Source of the DNA: Psilocybe cubensis
Taxonomy: Eukaryota
Reading direction: 5' to 3'
Assembly (NCBI GenBank): GCA_017499595.2
Contig: CM038999.1
Location: 806,001 to 870,000 of the forward strand
DNA: 64,000 nt
Shown here: positions 11,915-24,510 of the stretch, one piece after another
How positions within the stretch are numbered: position 1 is the first letter of the stretch
How the letters are laid out: every line of letters starts with the position of its first letter
Notes under the pieces: generated by a model
What the model saw: only the letters and a program-made list of their open reading frames with translations
Databases searched by the model: none
What the model was told of the DNA's origin: nothing
Position numbers and translations under genes: made by a program

Positions 11915-14007
11915 TCAAGCACCCGGCACCCCCTCATCCTCCTTCTTCGCCAGCCCCTCCCGCTCCAACAACGCATCGATCTCAGCGGGCCTATATATCT
12001 TTGCGCGCGGCTGCTTCGTCGTCGGATCTAGTGTGAGCACTGCGAATTCCACTGTGTGTTGTGTTTTTTGGTTGTTGTAGTTGTGATTGTGATTGTATTT
12101 TGTGTTGCGGTTGGGTAGTAAGAGGTGAGATGGGGTGGGTGTGGTGCGGTGAGGAGAATAAAAAGGGGGAAAAAAAAAGGAAAAAAGGAGGTCAGTAATG
12201 AATTCAAATTATCAAGGAACAGAAAGAGTAGCAGAAACCAGAAACGAAGGAAGCACGGAATCGAGTAGGGAGTAGATAAGCGAGTAAGAGCAAGGAGATT
12301 CAAAAAATAAGAACCCCTTTTCTTCCACCCAAATAAAAAACCACAAAAAAAAAAAAACCCAAACACTCACATTTCTCACTACTCAAACTCGTACTATCCA
12401 TAGTCTTCCCCATAGTCCTCAACACCAAGCCCACCGCCTCCTTGACCTCAATCCCATCTTTATACTCCTGCTTCAGCAAACTCTGCGCCGTACCGTTATT
12501 CGCGCCTATACAGGTGGCTTTCCACCCAGAGTAGTTGCCTGAGGGATCGGAGTGGTACAGTTGGAAGTTGTAGTGGGGGTCGTAGCCTGCGTAGAGGAGG
12601 GAGACGCCGAAGGGTCGGAGACCTGTGTATATGTGTGTGTATATGCGTATATATGCGCGGGGGCGGGCGTAGGCAAGTTAGATCTTTGTGTTTTCATAAA
12701 AAAGCGACAAGAGACACGCACCGCCAAATTGCGTATACCCCTGCTTCATATCACACAACCTCTGCGCGAGGAGCTCGACGGGGATATCCTCATTATACTG
12801 CAAAAGGTGCTGTTGGGCTGCTGAGCGCGCGTAGTTGACGAGCGAGTTGGCGTCGGCGGTGAGCCCTGCGACGCCGCCTATTACGTTGCTGTTTTATTTT
12901 GAGAAGAAGGAGGAGGGATGGAGGAAGGGGCAGAGGAAGGAGGGAGGAGAGTAGGTGGATGAGGGGCAGAGGGAGGAGGGAGAGTCAGAATCAGCGCGTT
13001 CGGCAAATATCATATAAATATAGAAAAAGAAGGAAAGGGATGGGATGGGATGGTGTCGAGAATCGAGATGAAGATCGAATACAGATCTATCGATGCTGGT
13101 CGGACCGAACCAAGCATCGCAAAGCAAAGCAAAGCAAAGAAAAACAGAAAGAGAGTAAGAAAGAAAGAAAGACAGAAAGAAGAGGGTAGGACAGATGGGT
13201 TGAGCAACCCAACCAACACACGATCAAGTCGAATCGAATCAAGAATCAAAATCGTCTCAACCCAACCCTGCCAACCCACCAACCCAAACCCAAACACACC
13301 CACACCCACAACCACCCAAAAACACCCAAAACCACCCAAAACCACAACACAAAAACCAAAAAACCCAACCCACCTATTCAACAAATAAATCTTCTCTCCA
13401 CTACCCCCATACCCGCCCTCCTTCGCACTAGACAAATCGAGGAGTTTGCCCGTAACTTTTTTCTCAGCGGCGAGGACGACGCCGTCTTTGGCGAGCACGC
13501 CGAGGACGGTGCCGGCGTGTGAGATTGCTTCCATTGCGTATTCGACTGGTGTGTGTGTGTGGGTGGGTGGGTCGGGGTTATTGTTGAAAGTTGAAGTTGA
13601 GATTGAGATTGCGATTGCGATTGAAATTGGGAGGAAGAGGAAACAGAGAATGGGAAGAGAAGGGACAGGGAAGATGAGGATCAAGGTATCACACTATTAC
13701 AAAAAGCACTGACTTTGGTATAGACGGCCTACACACCCATCGCATTCGCATTAGTATCACCCACAACTTGAAGCTCAGACGAACAAACGCACCTTCAGGC
13801 GAGAAGATCGTCGTGCGGCCTACACAAAGGTAATTGTAAATGTCCCGTTCACCTCCCGCTTGCTCAATGTACAGCTAAATGGGAGTTGTGCTCACTGTCG
13901 TATCGTCTAGCCTGTATCATAATGCGATCTCATCAGTACGGGTATCATCACATATCGTACACCCCAAGACCAGGTGTAAGAGTAAGAGTAAGATTAACAC
14001 ACACCAT
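11915..14007 (-). CDS. PRE9: 20S proteasome subunit alpha3 (PRE9/PSMA4); 8 coding exons: 14007-14005, 13911-13896, 13819-13793, 13728-13714, 13545-13374, 12888-12722, 12622-12371, 12051-11915
   Basis: Spliced translation [32 protein letters not shown]...[14 protein letters not shown]...[21 protein letters not shown]...[18 protein letters not shown] is diagnostic of alpha3. Confidence 0.95.
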
Positions 14008-14306
14008 TGTCAGAAAATAGGAATGAGGAACGAGAGAGGATAAGGATATAGATGAAAGAAGGAGGAGTAGGTGAACGATCACTGACGCGTCCCTCACCCA
14101 GAACGCACACGCGTCGCATCTCGGCATTTCCCGTGTCCAATCAGAATTCAGCTATCGATATAGACCCCCGACTAAAAATAAGTAAGCTTGAAGATAATAC
14201 TGTATTCAATATTCAATATTCAGTCGTTCGTTTATACATACGTTCCAAAAGTCCAAATCTAAATAACATCTAACATCTCTAAAATTCAATATTCAATATT
14301 CACACC

Positions 14307-15300
14307 TCACACATCCTTCACATCCAACCCCCTCTCAACCTCCTCCAAATACCTCACAAACCCCCTCCCCCTCCCCTCCTTCCCCTCCCCCGGCACCACC
14401 CCCCTCAACCCACGCAGCGCCTCCCTAACCTGCTCCCCCGTCCCCCTCTCCAAATCCACCACCACCACCCCCGGCTCCCCAGCCGGATCCTCCAGCGTGC
14501 GCAACTGCGACGCCAGCATCGGCGCTTTCATAAAGTGCCCCGGCCGCTTCTCCATCCGCTCCAGGAGCAGCGCGGGCGAGCCGGAGATGTGGACGAAGTA
14601 TGTTTGGATTTCTGCGTGCGTGGGGGTGGGGGTGGGGGCAGAGAGAGAGGAAGGAGAGGATAAGGGCCGTTTACCACGCAGAATATCGCGGTAGTACGCT
14701 TTCAGCGCCGAACAACTAACCACCACACCTCTACACCCTTTCCCCTTCTCACCCTCCACCAAAACCCTCACCCCCTCCGCCCTCACCCTGGCCAACCACG
14801 GCTCGCGATCCCCATCTCCCAACGGCACGCCCGCGCTCATCTTCTCCACGTTCGCGCGCGGGTGCAGGTCGTCGCCTTCGATGTGCGCGAATGAGAGCGT
14901 GTGTGCGAGGGCGTGCGAAAGGGTGGATTTGCCCGTGCCTGATACGCCCTGGTGTTGGGGTGGGGGGGTGCGGGTTGGGGTGCGGGTGGGGTAAGGCAAA
15001 GGCAAAGCAGAAGGCAGAAAGAAAGAAGAAATGTATGCATTAGTACATACCATATCCCACCATAACCATAACTGTAGCCCTGTAAAACAGACATACCATC
15101 ACAATAATAAGCACCTTTTCCTCCTCTTCCTCTCTCTCTTTACCCGCTTCATCGACATCGACATCAACATCGACCTCCCCCTGCCCCTGCCCCGCACTCC
15201 CAACCGCATCATCCAAAGCACACGACTCTACCTCCCTCCCCGCCTCTGCATCTACCTCCATCTGTCTCCCAGCATCCGACTCGAGCTCCATATGCACCAT
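14307..15300 (-). CDS. Gluconokinase (GntK/IdnK, shikimate-kinase fold); exons 15300-15097 and 14948-14307
   Basis: Spliced VLIIVMGVSGTGKST P-loop, EGDDLHPRANVEKM, DREPWL, VVSCSALKAYYRDIL, GHFMKAPMLASQLRTLE. Confidence 0.93.
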
Positions 15301-18300
15301 ATCTCAGATTCTGTATAGTACAACTCCCAAAGTTCGTTGGTATCGAGACGAACGAATGGACGGACGAACGAGAACGAGAACGAGCGAACGAACGAACGAA
15401 CGAACGAACGGACGAACGAACGAGATAAACACTTATACAGCTAAAAGAAAAAAAGGGAAGCACAGAACTGAGAAGAGAGCAAGAGAGAGAAATTCTACCG
15501 TCTTCATCCCGCTCATCCACTTCCGTATTCCGTATTCCATTTCCATCTTGCTCCCCTCGGATCTCGGGCCTTACACTCCGTGCACCGTACTCCCTTTCTC
15601 CGTTCCTTTTCTCCTTGTCTCCCTTTCTCCGTTCCTTTTTCTCCCTTTCTCCCTTTCTCCTTTTCTCCGTCACTTCCCTGAATTCCCTCAGGCTCAGAGT
15701 CCCAACCACACCCAACCGCACCCCTCACTCACATCCCAACCATCCGCAATCCCATATGCACCCCCTCACCTCCCCTCACCTCACCTCAACCACTATAAGC
15801 TCGAAACGGGAAATGGGAAATGGGGAAACGGGAGCATGGAAAATAGATGGAGTATCTTCGGGGGTCACTCCAATGTCCAATGTCCAAAGTACAAAGTCCA
15901 AAGTTCAACGTTCAAAGTCTATCCTGATCACAAGTGCTGAGAAGGTGCAGAGTCCTCCTGATTCCTGAATTCCTAGTTCCTAATCCCTGATGTCATCGAA
16001 CCCATTGATGCCCACTATCAAACTTCAAAGCGAAAACCCCTATCATATCTCAAAGTTAAAGTTAAAGGAGGGTAAAGTAACGTGACAACGACGTCATACC
16101 GACGCGTCCGACGCGTCCTCGGACTCGAGACTCGACGCGTCGACGGAAATTCAAAGTTCGAAGTTCGAACGCGTGGTGAGACCGATGAACCGATGAGTAT
16201 TGTTATGAATCACAATGAGCTTGCGTATATGTCTATATATGTATATGTATGTCTACTTCTGGGCTGGTGGAGGGGAGGGGGGAGGGGTTATTGTTGAAAG
16301 GCTTTTACGTATTAGTATAAATAAAACAGGATTTAGGAGAAGAAGAATACTAGTTAATGAGTATTGCATGTAGTGAGTAGTACTACTTATGAGCTTGATA
16401 CGAAATTTGATTATAATATTCTGGAGTGGCAATAAATTTACCTAAACAATTCGACTGGGATTTGACATTGAAAAGTTGAGAGGAGAAGAGAAGAGGAGTT
16501 GGGATTGGGAGTTGTGGAACAAGCTGTCATTGACAGGTGAATGCAAAAGCAAATGCAAATGCGATCACAGGGGACTGATTCTGCAGAGGATCCCGCATTA
16601 CTCTGGTTAGTTCCAAGTCTATACTTGAGAGTAGGCTGGGAATTCAAATTCAAACAATGTAGATCAAGAAAGTCAAGTCACGGTGTTATTATGAGTTTTG
16701 GTTGAAGGAGAGACTCAACTCACCTCACTTCACCCGTTGACAGAACGGAAGCGGAGATGGAGGTCCTTACTACTTGCTTACTTTTTATTTTAACTTTTCT
16801 AAAGTGCGGATCAGGGATCGCAGCACAGAGCCGCCTGCTCTCGTGTCGTATCACGTCAACTTTCAAGTCAAGTCAAGTCAAAGTCAAGTCAACAAAGTCA
16901 TTCGGGAGTAGGACTGGGAGGACGTTAAGGGGTTTCCAGTTAAAGTTAACTTGAGAGGCTCCTTGGTACTTATCATATGCGAGTATGATGAGCCCGCACG
17001 CGAGTCTGCCTTGCTTGGCTTCAAAGTTCAAGTTCAAGTTCAAGTTCAATTGATCCTGGGGATGCATGTATCATTTATCCAATGATTCGAAATTTCGGTT
17101 TCGAGTGTCGAATTTCGATTCTCTGGATTCTCTGAGAGTGTCAACGGGATCTTTTAGTTTTAGTCAATTTGTTTTGTTTGTTGTTTCAGGTAAGTACCAA
17201 CCAAGCTCGGGCTCGGGAGAAGGAGTGGTTATGCAACCTATAACCTATCCTATTGCAATCAGTAGGTGATTTACATAGAATGAAACAGGAAGTTTTTGTT
17301 CTTGTTTTCGTTTTCGTTTTCGTTCTTGTTTTCGTTTTTGGTATTGTTTTCGTTTGCGATTACGATTTCAACATTCAAATCGCAACTTGGGGACTCGGTA
17401 CTCGGGGCGGAGCGCACGCCAAAATGCAATTTTTTGCATGTTTCATGTGAATGGGGCCAGCGAGCGAGCGAACGAGCGCTTGCTAATTAGGCTTGCGGCC
17501 ATCGATGATCGCTTGCGATTTAGCCACGCGAGATCCACATGTACTGTACATGCGCCGGCGCGTCGCGCCTCGCGTATCGCCTAAGACGAGATTCATCAGG
17601 ATTTATCATTTCGATTCAGATGCGCGCCGCCGTGCGCGCGCGCGGCCAAGTATGGCCTCCTTTTATGATCTTAAAATTTAAATAAATAAGCCGCTGGTGC
17701 TCAACTGGGAAACTTCGAACTAGCGTATCGCGACATCGGCGCGGCGGCGCGATGGGGAGTTGGATGCTTCAAGCTTCAAGCGCTGAGCGCTGATCCTCTG
17801 AGCGCTAGTACGTTCACGTTGCACATGTACATGTACATGCATTAAGAAGGTATGCACTGCACAGAAGTATGGATCCTATCGAAAAAATCAAAGTAGATTC
17901 ATTCATTCATTCATTCATTCATTGGCATTCACGTATAAAACAGACAGGCGAGTACATGCGTAAACCGAGTGAATGAGCCAATGAGTAAAGGAGATTGAGT
18001 AAAGGAGATTGAGTAAGTGAGCTGAATAGATGGAGAAATAGATGGGGGAATAGATGGATGAATAGATGGTAGATGAACAGAACTGAACAGAACATTGTGA
18101 TCCATGCATAGAGAGAAAGTGAGAAAGTGAGAAAGTGTGTGAGAGAGAGAGGTGGTATCATCTGATGTCAAAAAGAAAAGAGAAGAAAAGAAATCCGAAA
18201 TCCAAAAGAAAAAAGGAAAGGAAAGGACGTATTCGATACAACGCAACACAACACAGAAAACACAAAACAAAATCGACTATTACAAAAAAAAGCAGAAAAC

Positions 18301-18460
18301 AAAGTAAGAAAAAGAATAAGAAAAGAAAAGAAAAACTCCGGGTGGGTTCGTACACTAAAACACTAAAACACCACAATATCACGTATCCGACAGAACACAA
18401 AACGCAAAGGGCATACACCCACACCCGCACCGCATCGCGCATCGAATCACTCATCACTCA

Positions 18461-21400
18461 TCACTCATCATACACATCCGCCAACGTAGGCCTCCGCGAA
18501 TACGTATACGTATACTCGATCAGCTGAGGTTGCGCTTGTGCCTGCCCCTGCTGCCCCTGCTGCTGTTGCTGGTGGGTCTGGCTTTCCTGAGCCTGAGCCT
18601 GCTCTTGTTGCTGTTCCTGCTGATGTTCATGCGACTGAGAATGCGACGCAAGCCCCTGCGTGTAAAGCGCGTATAGCTCCTGGCCTTGCGATCTCATCCC
18701 CGTCCCCGTCCCCGCCCCCGTGCCTGTTGTCAGCTGTTGCTGCTGGTGCTGATGAGGCGGTGGAGGATGATCGTACGCGTACGCATATGGATACGCGTAC
18801 GCGTACTGCGCGCCGTCGCCGTCTTCTTCACGTTCGTGTTGGTGTCCGGCTTCGCCGCCGTCCACTTCCACCTGCACCTGCCCGTGCCCGTGTGCTTCGC
18901 CATGTCCAGTCCCAGTCCCACTTCCACTCTGACTCTGACCTCCACTCCCACTCCCACTCCCACTTCCACCTCCACTCTGACTCTGACTCCCACTCGCACC
19001 CGCACCCACACCACCACCACTCCCACCATCACCACTCCCACCTCCACCCACCCCCTCCCCACTCCCACCAGCACCACCCCTACCAAAAACAATACTGCTA
19101 TACGCAGGCGGCGGCACGTCAAACGCGCCCTCGCTCTCGCCCGTGCCCAGCGCCGCGCTCATGCTCAGGTTGGGGCTGGTTATATGCGCCTGCTCAAGCC
19201 CGTGCCCCAACGCGTGTCCGTGCGCCAGAAGTGGATCCTGCTCCCGTTCCTGCGTAAATCGTGAAAGCGCTATATCGTCCCGCGATGCTTTCGCGCGCAC
19301 CTGCTGCTGCTGTTGGTGCTGCTGGCGATGCGCGTGGCTCTGTCCATGATTCGAAATGTGTGTATAACCATAACCGTAGTCATACCCATACTCATAATCA
19401 TGATCGGAAATGGGGGGTAAACTCTGCAGATGCATCTGCGGCGACGCAGCAACCGACGCCGCCACCGACGCCGCTACCGACGCAGACGCCGATCTCGCGA
19501 TGCTAGTACCACCACGTTCATACCCAACCCCAAACCCGTACCCCGAGGAAGAAGAAGCGACGAGCGGGCTAGACGGCATCGACATCGCCCCTGGACCGGG
19601 TGTAGGCGGTAGAGAGCGCAGCGGTCTTTGTTGTGGTAGGGGTGGGACGAGCTCCGTCTGTATTTGCGTTTGCGTTTGTGGGTGTGTGGAGAGCTGGCTT
19701 GAACTTTGCACGCGGCGCGCTTGGCGGGGCGCCTGCGCCTGCGCCGCGGTGGTAGAAGACGAAGACGCCCCAGCGCCAGCCCCAGAACCACCCGCCCCAG
19801 AACCAGAACCCGCCCCACCAGTAACATCAGCCAACAAAGGCACAGGCGGCGGCCGCGGCAACGGCCTCCTCACCCTCCCACCCCCACCCCCTCCAGCTCC
19901 AGCTCCGGTGCGGGATGTGGTGGACGTAACAGACCGCACACTCTCCGCGCGCCCGAAGGGCAGTGCGCGCGGGCGCTCGAGTTCGCGTTCGAGGTCGAGG
20001 TTGAGGTTGAGGTCGAGTGCTTCGGGGTATGTGTGGGTGTGGGTGTGGGCGTTTTCTTGTCTTGCGTCTTGTTGCGCGTGCGAGTGCGAGTGCGAGTGCG
20101 AATGGGAATAAGAATGCGAATGCGAGTACACACTCGCCCCGCCGCCGCCGCCACCACCACCACCACCACCGCCGCCGTGTAGAATACTACTACTCCGATC
20201 CCTCGTACTCCCACTCGCGCTCCTACTCCCTCTTATACTACTCCCGCTCCCATCTGTCGTCATCGACGGCGCCGTCATCGTCGTTGTCATCGTCATCGCA
20301 TCATCTATACCAATTCACAAAAAAGCGGAGAAGAGCGCGGGGGCGCGGTTAGATTCAGATCTTTGATACACAACACAGGACGGGCAGGGGATAAGACTTA
20401 CATGAAGGCGGGACGAATGTGCTCGACACGGGCGTTGGGGGCTGGTCCCTATCGCGTTCGCGGTCGCGGTCCTGGTCGCGCTCAGAGTCCCGCTCGCGCG
20501 CAACGAGCGACTTGGCGTATTGAACCGGGAGCGGGGGGACAGGCGGGTGCTCCGCGGAGAACTGGAACGACTCGGCGAGCGCGCTCGCGCGGTGCGGGTC
20601 CGGGAGGGAGAACGTGTCGAATTCGTCCTCGTCGTCCTCGTCGTCGGAGTTGGAGTTGTTGGAGTCGGAATCGGAGTCGGAGTCGGTCATGGGTGGAAGC
20701 ATCGTCGTTGTACGTGATGGCCCCGGGGAGGACGCTTCGGATTCGGGGTAGGGTGTGAATGTGGGCATGCCTGATTCAGGCGAGGCGGGTGTGCGCGGTC
20801 TCTCCCTCTCCCTCTCCCTCGTGCGCGCACGCGACGAGGACGACGGCACAGGCGACGCGGCCCTCCCCGTCTTATTAAAAATCGGCTCTCCATACAAAAT
20901 CTTACGAAACTTGGGATCCGAGCGAAACGGTACATCCGGCGCAAAACTCGGCGCGTGGCCCTGCTCGTGTCTCTCAAGCGACGATAGCGATAACGAACCG
21001 TCGTCGGGTTTGCGGACGAGCATCCATTCCTGGAGGTCGGTGACGAGGAGGGTGGCGGTGAGGAGGAGGTAGTCGAGGAGGAGGATGGAGACGCCTTTGA
21101 TGGTGGAGAGCAGGTCGGGGTCGTATTTGTCGTGCAGGGTTTCGTAGATTGTTAAAGTGAGCGGGCCGGGGCCTTTTGGGGTGGTTAGGGTGGCGACGGG
21201 GCCTTTGACTGAGGCTGTTGTGCACTGTTTTTGGATCGGAGGGGAGGGGAGGGGGGGAGGATTTGGGTGAGTGATGTGCGGATGGGGAGATAAGGGGGAT
21301 GGATGGAAGTGATTAGCTTACCCAGTATGTATGGCCGTATCGCTTCCACTTCATCGGCTGCGAGTAATTGGGTATGCTGAATCTGCGCGAGGCGCTAAGT

Positions 21401-21924
21401 GGAAATGAAAAGGTTCGTTAAGTACGTGCAGATCGCAGCTAGCATAATGCAAAAAGAAGGGCACAGACGTACTTGGGATGCGCACCGAGCTTGAGCAGCG
21501 TCTCGCCGCCGTACCAACGTGCATTTTTCATCTGGATAAGCACACCGTCCGTATAATCCTTGCCCGTCTTCGTCGGGAGGGCGCGGGGCCACTTGATCGA
21601 GATGGTCTTATGGAACGCCTTCTTCGCGTCCGCGCGCAGGACAGTCGTAGCCGTGCCGACGGTGTTGAATTTGTAGAACACCTCGTGGGTGCTAGCGTCC
21701 TGCACGAGCGAGTCGAGGAAGGAGCGCGAGGTCAGGGTGAGTGTGAGCAGAGGCTGTTTGGTGTGTACAGGCGGCTCGTGCTCGTGCGGGTCTTGTTTCC
21801 GCAGAGAGAATTTGACTTTGACGGAGGGCAGGATGGACATGCGCAGCGTTTTGGATTTGACTGAGCGGAGGGAGGGCGCGGGACCTGAGCCTGAGTTTGA
21901 GCGGGCACGGCTCTTCAGGTTCAT
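18461..21924 (-). CDS. Hypothetical protein with a DUF6593-like N-terminal domain and a very long low-complexity tail; 4 exons (~21924-21473, ~21394-21322, ~21225-20401, 20304-18461)
   Basis: ORFs 21439-21924, 20355-21023 and 18461-20296 join in frame via GT-AG introns. The beta-rich N-domain ends in LLDYLLLTATLLV, typical of this basidiomycete family; the family name is from memory. Confidence 0.65.
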
Positions 21925-22255
21925 GATAGTGGGAGAGCGGAAGAGGCCTCAAATTGTACTTTGCACTAGTAGCACCAGCCAGGCTGGAGGATAGCGAACG
22001 CCGACAACATAGAAATGAAGGGATCTGCTGAGGTAAGAAGTATCAAAACACGGGATGGCATGTGGGCGTTTTGCCAATGCTGGTAACCGGTTATAGTCTG
22101 CCTTCGCACACCAACCTGATACACTTCCTCCTCCGCCTATTTTTATCTCAACAGATATGAATGTCACGCTTTGCTGTCACACTGTTACACAAACAAACCA
22201 CAGCTTTTTGATCTCCCTTTCAACCCAAACACTCAACTCACGTCGCGTCCCAGCC

Positions 22256-22805
22256 ATGTCCTCCAATATCACCAGCCCCTCTAACAAATCGTATGTCATA
22301 CTCTAAAATACCTCCCACTCCCTTTTTTTAACGCGTCTCACCCCCCTCCCCCCCTAGAAACAGCGCTGTTGCTGGTGAAAACACCACCGCGTCGCCCTCG
22401 GGCAAGGGCAAGGGCAAAGCTGTAGACGTCTCCAACGAAGAGGAGGACGAGGAAGAGGAAGAGGAGGAGGAGGACGAGGAGATGCAATCTGGTGAAGAAG
22501 AGGAGGAGGAGGAAGAAGAGGTTCGTGCTCTCTCTACGCGTCTTGCTTGCATTCATGCATGCCACACACACACACGACGCGTTGCATGCATGCTCGCTCT
22601 CAACCCCAACTACCCTGCGCTGACGCTGACGCTTGACACACAGGAAGAAGACTTCGAAGAGATCGATCCAAGCGCCATTCTCCCGACCGGGCGCCGCACC
22701 CGCGGCGTCAAAGTCGACTACACCTCCCAAGAAGCACTCGCCAAAGCCGGTCTGCAGGCCAACGACGACGGCGACGATAGCGATGAGGATGTTGAGATGA
22801 AGTAG
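22256..22805 (+). CDS. CHZ1: Histone H2A.Z chaperone Chz1-like protein; exons ~22256-22290, ~22358-22520, 22644-22805
   Basis: Acidic tract followed by the CHZ motif EEIDPSAILPTGRRTRGVKVDY. Confidence 0.85.
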
Positions 22806-23514
22806 ATCGTCTTTCCACTGTTATCGTCGTCATCATCATACCTGCCGCCTGTCGCCTTTGTTTCTTTTTCTTTTTTCTCCATGCTCTCTTTTGCTGTGAG
22901 GAGAAGAGATCGAGATGTATCAGTATCAATATCAGTATCAGTATCCACCCACCAAACATCGTTGTAAACTGTGAAAGAAAAATGCTTCGTTTATCATATA
23001 ATCTGCGTATCTGCATGCGCGCTTTCTCGCTGCTTGGATTTTCATTGCACAAGCTTTTCATGGTTATGTTTATGTTTATGTTATCCGTCAACAAAGACTC
23101 GCAAAAATCGCGAAACGCTAAATACTAAGCGCTAAACACTAAACGTACGCGTACGCGTAAACTAGTACTACTACTACTAGTATAGTCGAGGAGCCTCGCA
23201 TAATTTTTTTCGCGCTAAATTAGTCTAACACTTTCAAACACGGCTTGTCAACCTAATACTACTAACTAGTATTGTAACGGCCATTCGGAATTTCGAACCG
23301 AGGTGAGATCTCATATACTTACTTACTTACTCGACATACCTTTACTTATAACTTATAACTTGTAACGTGGTATCCCAGGCCAGACCCCGGGCATGACATC
23401 GACATCGACATCTACATCGGAATCGAGTCAACACTTTGCCACTGACAGGACGGGACAGGCTCTAGAATTTCATTACTATTAGTATTTTTTGAGTATTTTT
23501 ATTTATATTTTTAT

Positions 23515-23595
23515 TAGTAAGTAAGTAAGTAAGTAAGTAAGGAAGGAAGGAAGGAAGTAAGTAAGTAAGTAAGTAAGTAAATAAATAAGGAAGTA
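23515..23595. repeat. Compound microsatellite (AAGT)n(AAGG)n(AAGT)n
   Basis: Directly visible. Confidence 0.95.
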
Positions 23596-24454
23596 GGTTA
23601 TATTCTATTTCCCTCCAATTCTCGTCGACGGTCGGAACGACTTCGTACTTCCGTACTTGCTTCACGTCTAAGTTCGGAGGACGTCAGAGGACTTCAGACT
23701 TCAGATTTCAGTAAAAACACAACCCATATGCATCAACGATCAATATTCAATGATCAATGATCAGAGCAATCGGATCCCATCCTACTTCATCTCGTTCCAG
23801 TATCCCATCCCGTCCCATCGCATCCCGTTCCAGCTGCCACTGACAGCATCCCACCCGTCCCGTTCCACCATCCCATCCATCCCAGTCCATCGTCCCGTCC
23901 CGTCATGTCCCTCCCCGCCCCGTGCTGTCCCACTCTCCCCGCCCCGCCCCGCCTCCACTTCCACTTCCATCTCACAATTCCGAGTCCAATCATAATTCTA
24001 ATGCTAACTAAGTAATACTACAACTTACAATCACGTAGCCCTACGTAGCGTCGTAGACTCGTAGTCCGTCCATCCATCCATCCACCTTACCTACTTCCTC
24101 CATCCACCCTACTTACTTCCATCCAACTTGCAGCCTCCAAGACGTCCGAGCTCAGCCTCAGGATCAGCCTCAGCCCATAAAACTCGAAACTCGAATATTA
24201 ATATATGTACATGCATATATCGAATATCGATATCATCGACCCGCGAAAGTTCCGAAGCCAAAGCCGAAGCGGTACAGGACTCATGAGGGTACAGCACAGC
24301 ACAGGACAAGGACGAGGACATGGACGAGGACAAGCCGTTTCATGTACACGCCTACCGCGTGGATTCACATTCACGTTTACGTTCACCCGCGCTATGGGCC
24401 GTGGGCGTGGCGTGGAGTGGGAGTGGCTGGCGGTGACTCGGTATTCAGCGCTCA

Positions 24455-24510
24455 GCGTCAGTATTCAGTATTCAGTATTCAGTATTCAGTATTCAGTATT
24501 CAGTATTCAC
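24455..24510. repeat. Heptamer tandem repeat (TATTCAG) x~7
   Basis: Directly visible; a (TTCTAA)n run follows at ~24710-24745. Confidence 0.95.

Noticed and set aside
15300-18450. Numerous 60-190-aa ORFs in this gap and in 22.9-27.4 kb
   Set aside because: They are translations of simple repeats on overlapping frames, with no domain motifs or coherent splice structure.
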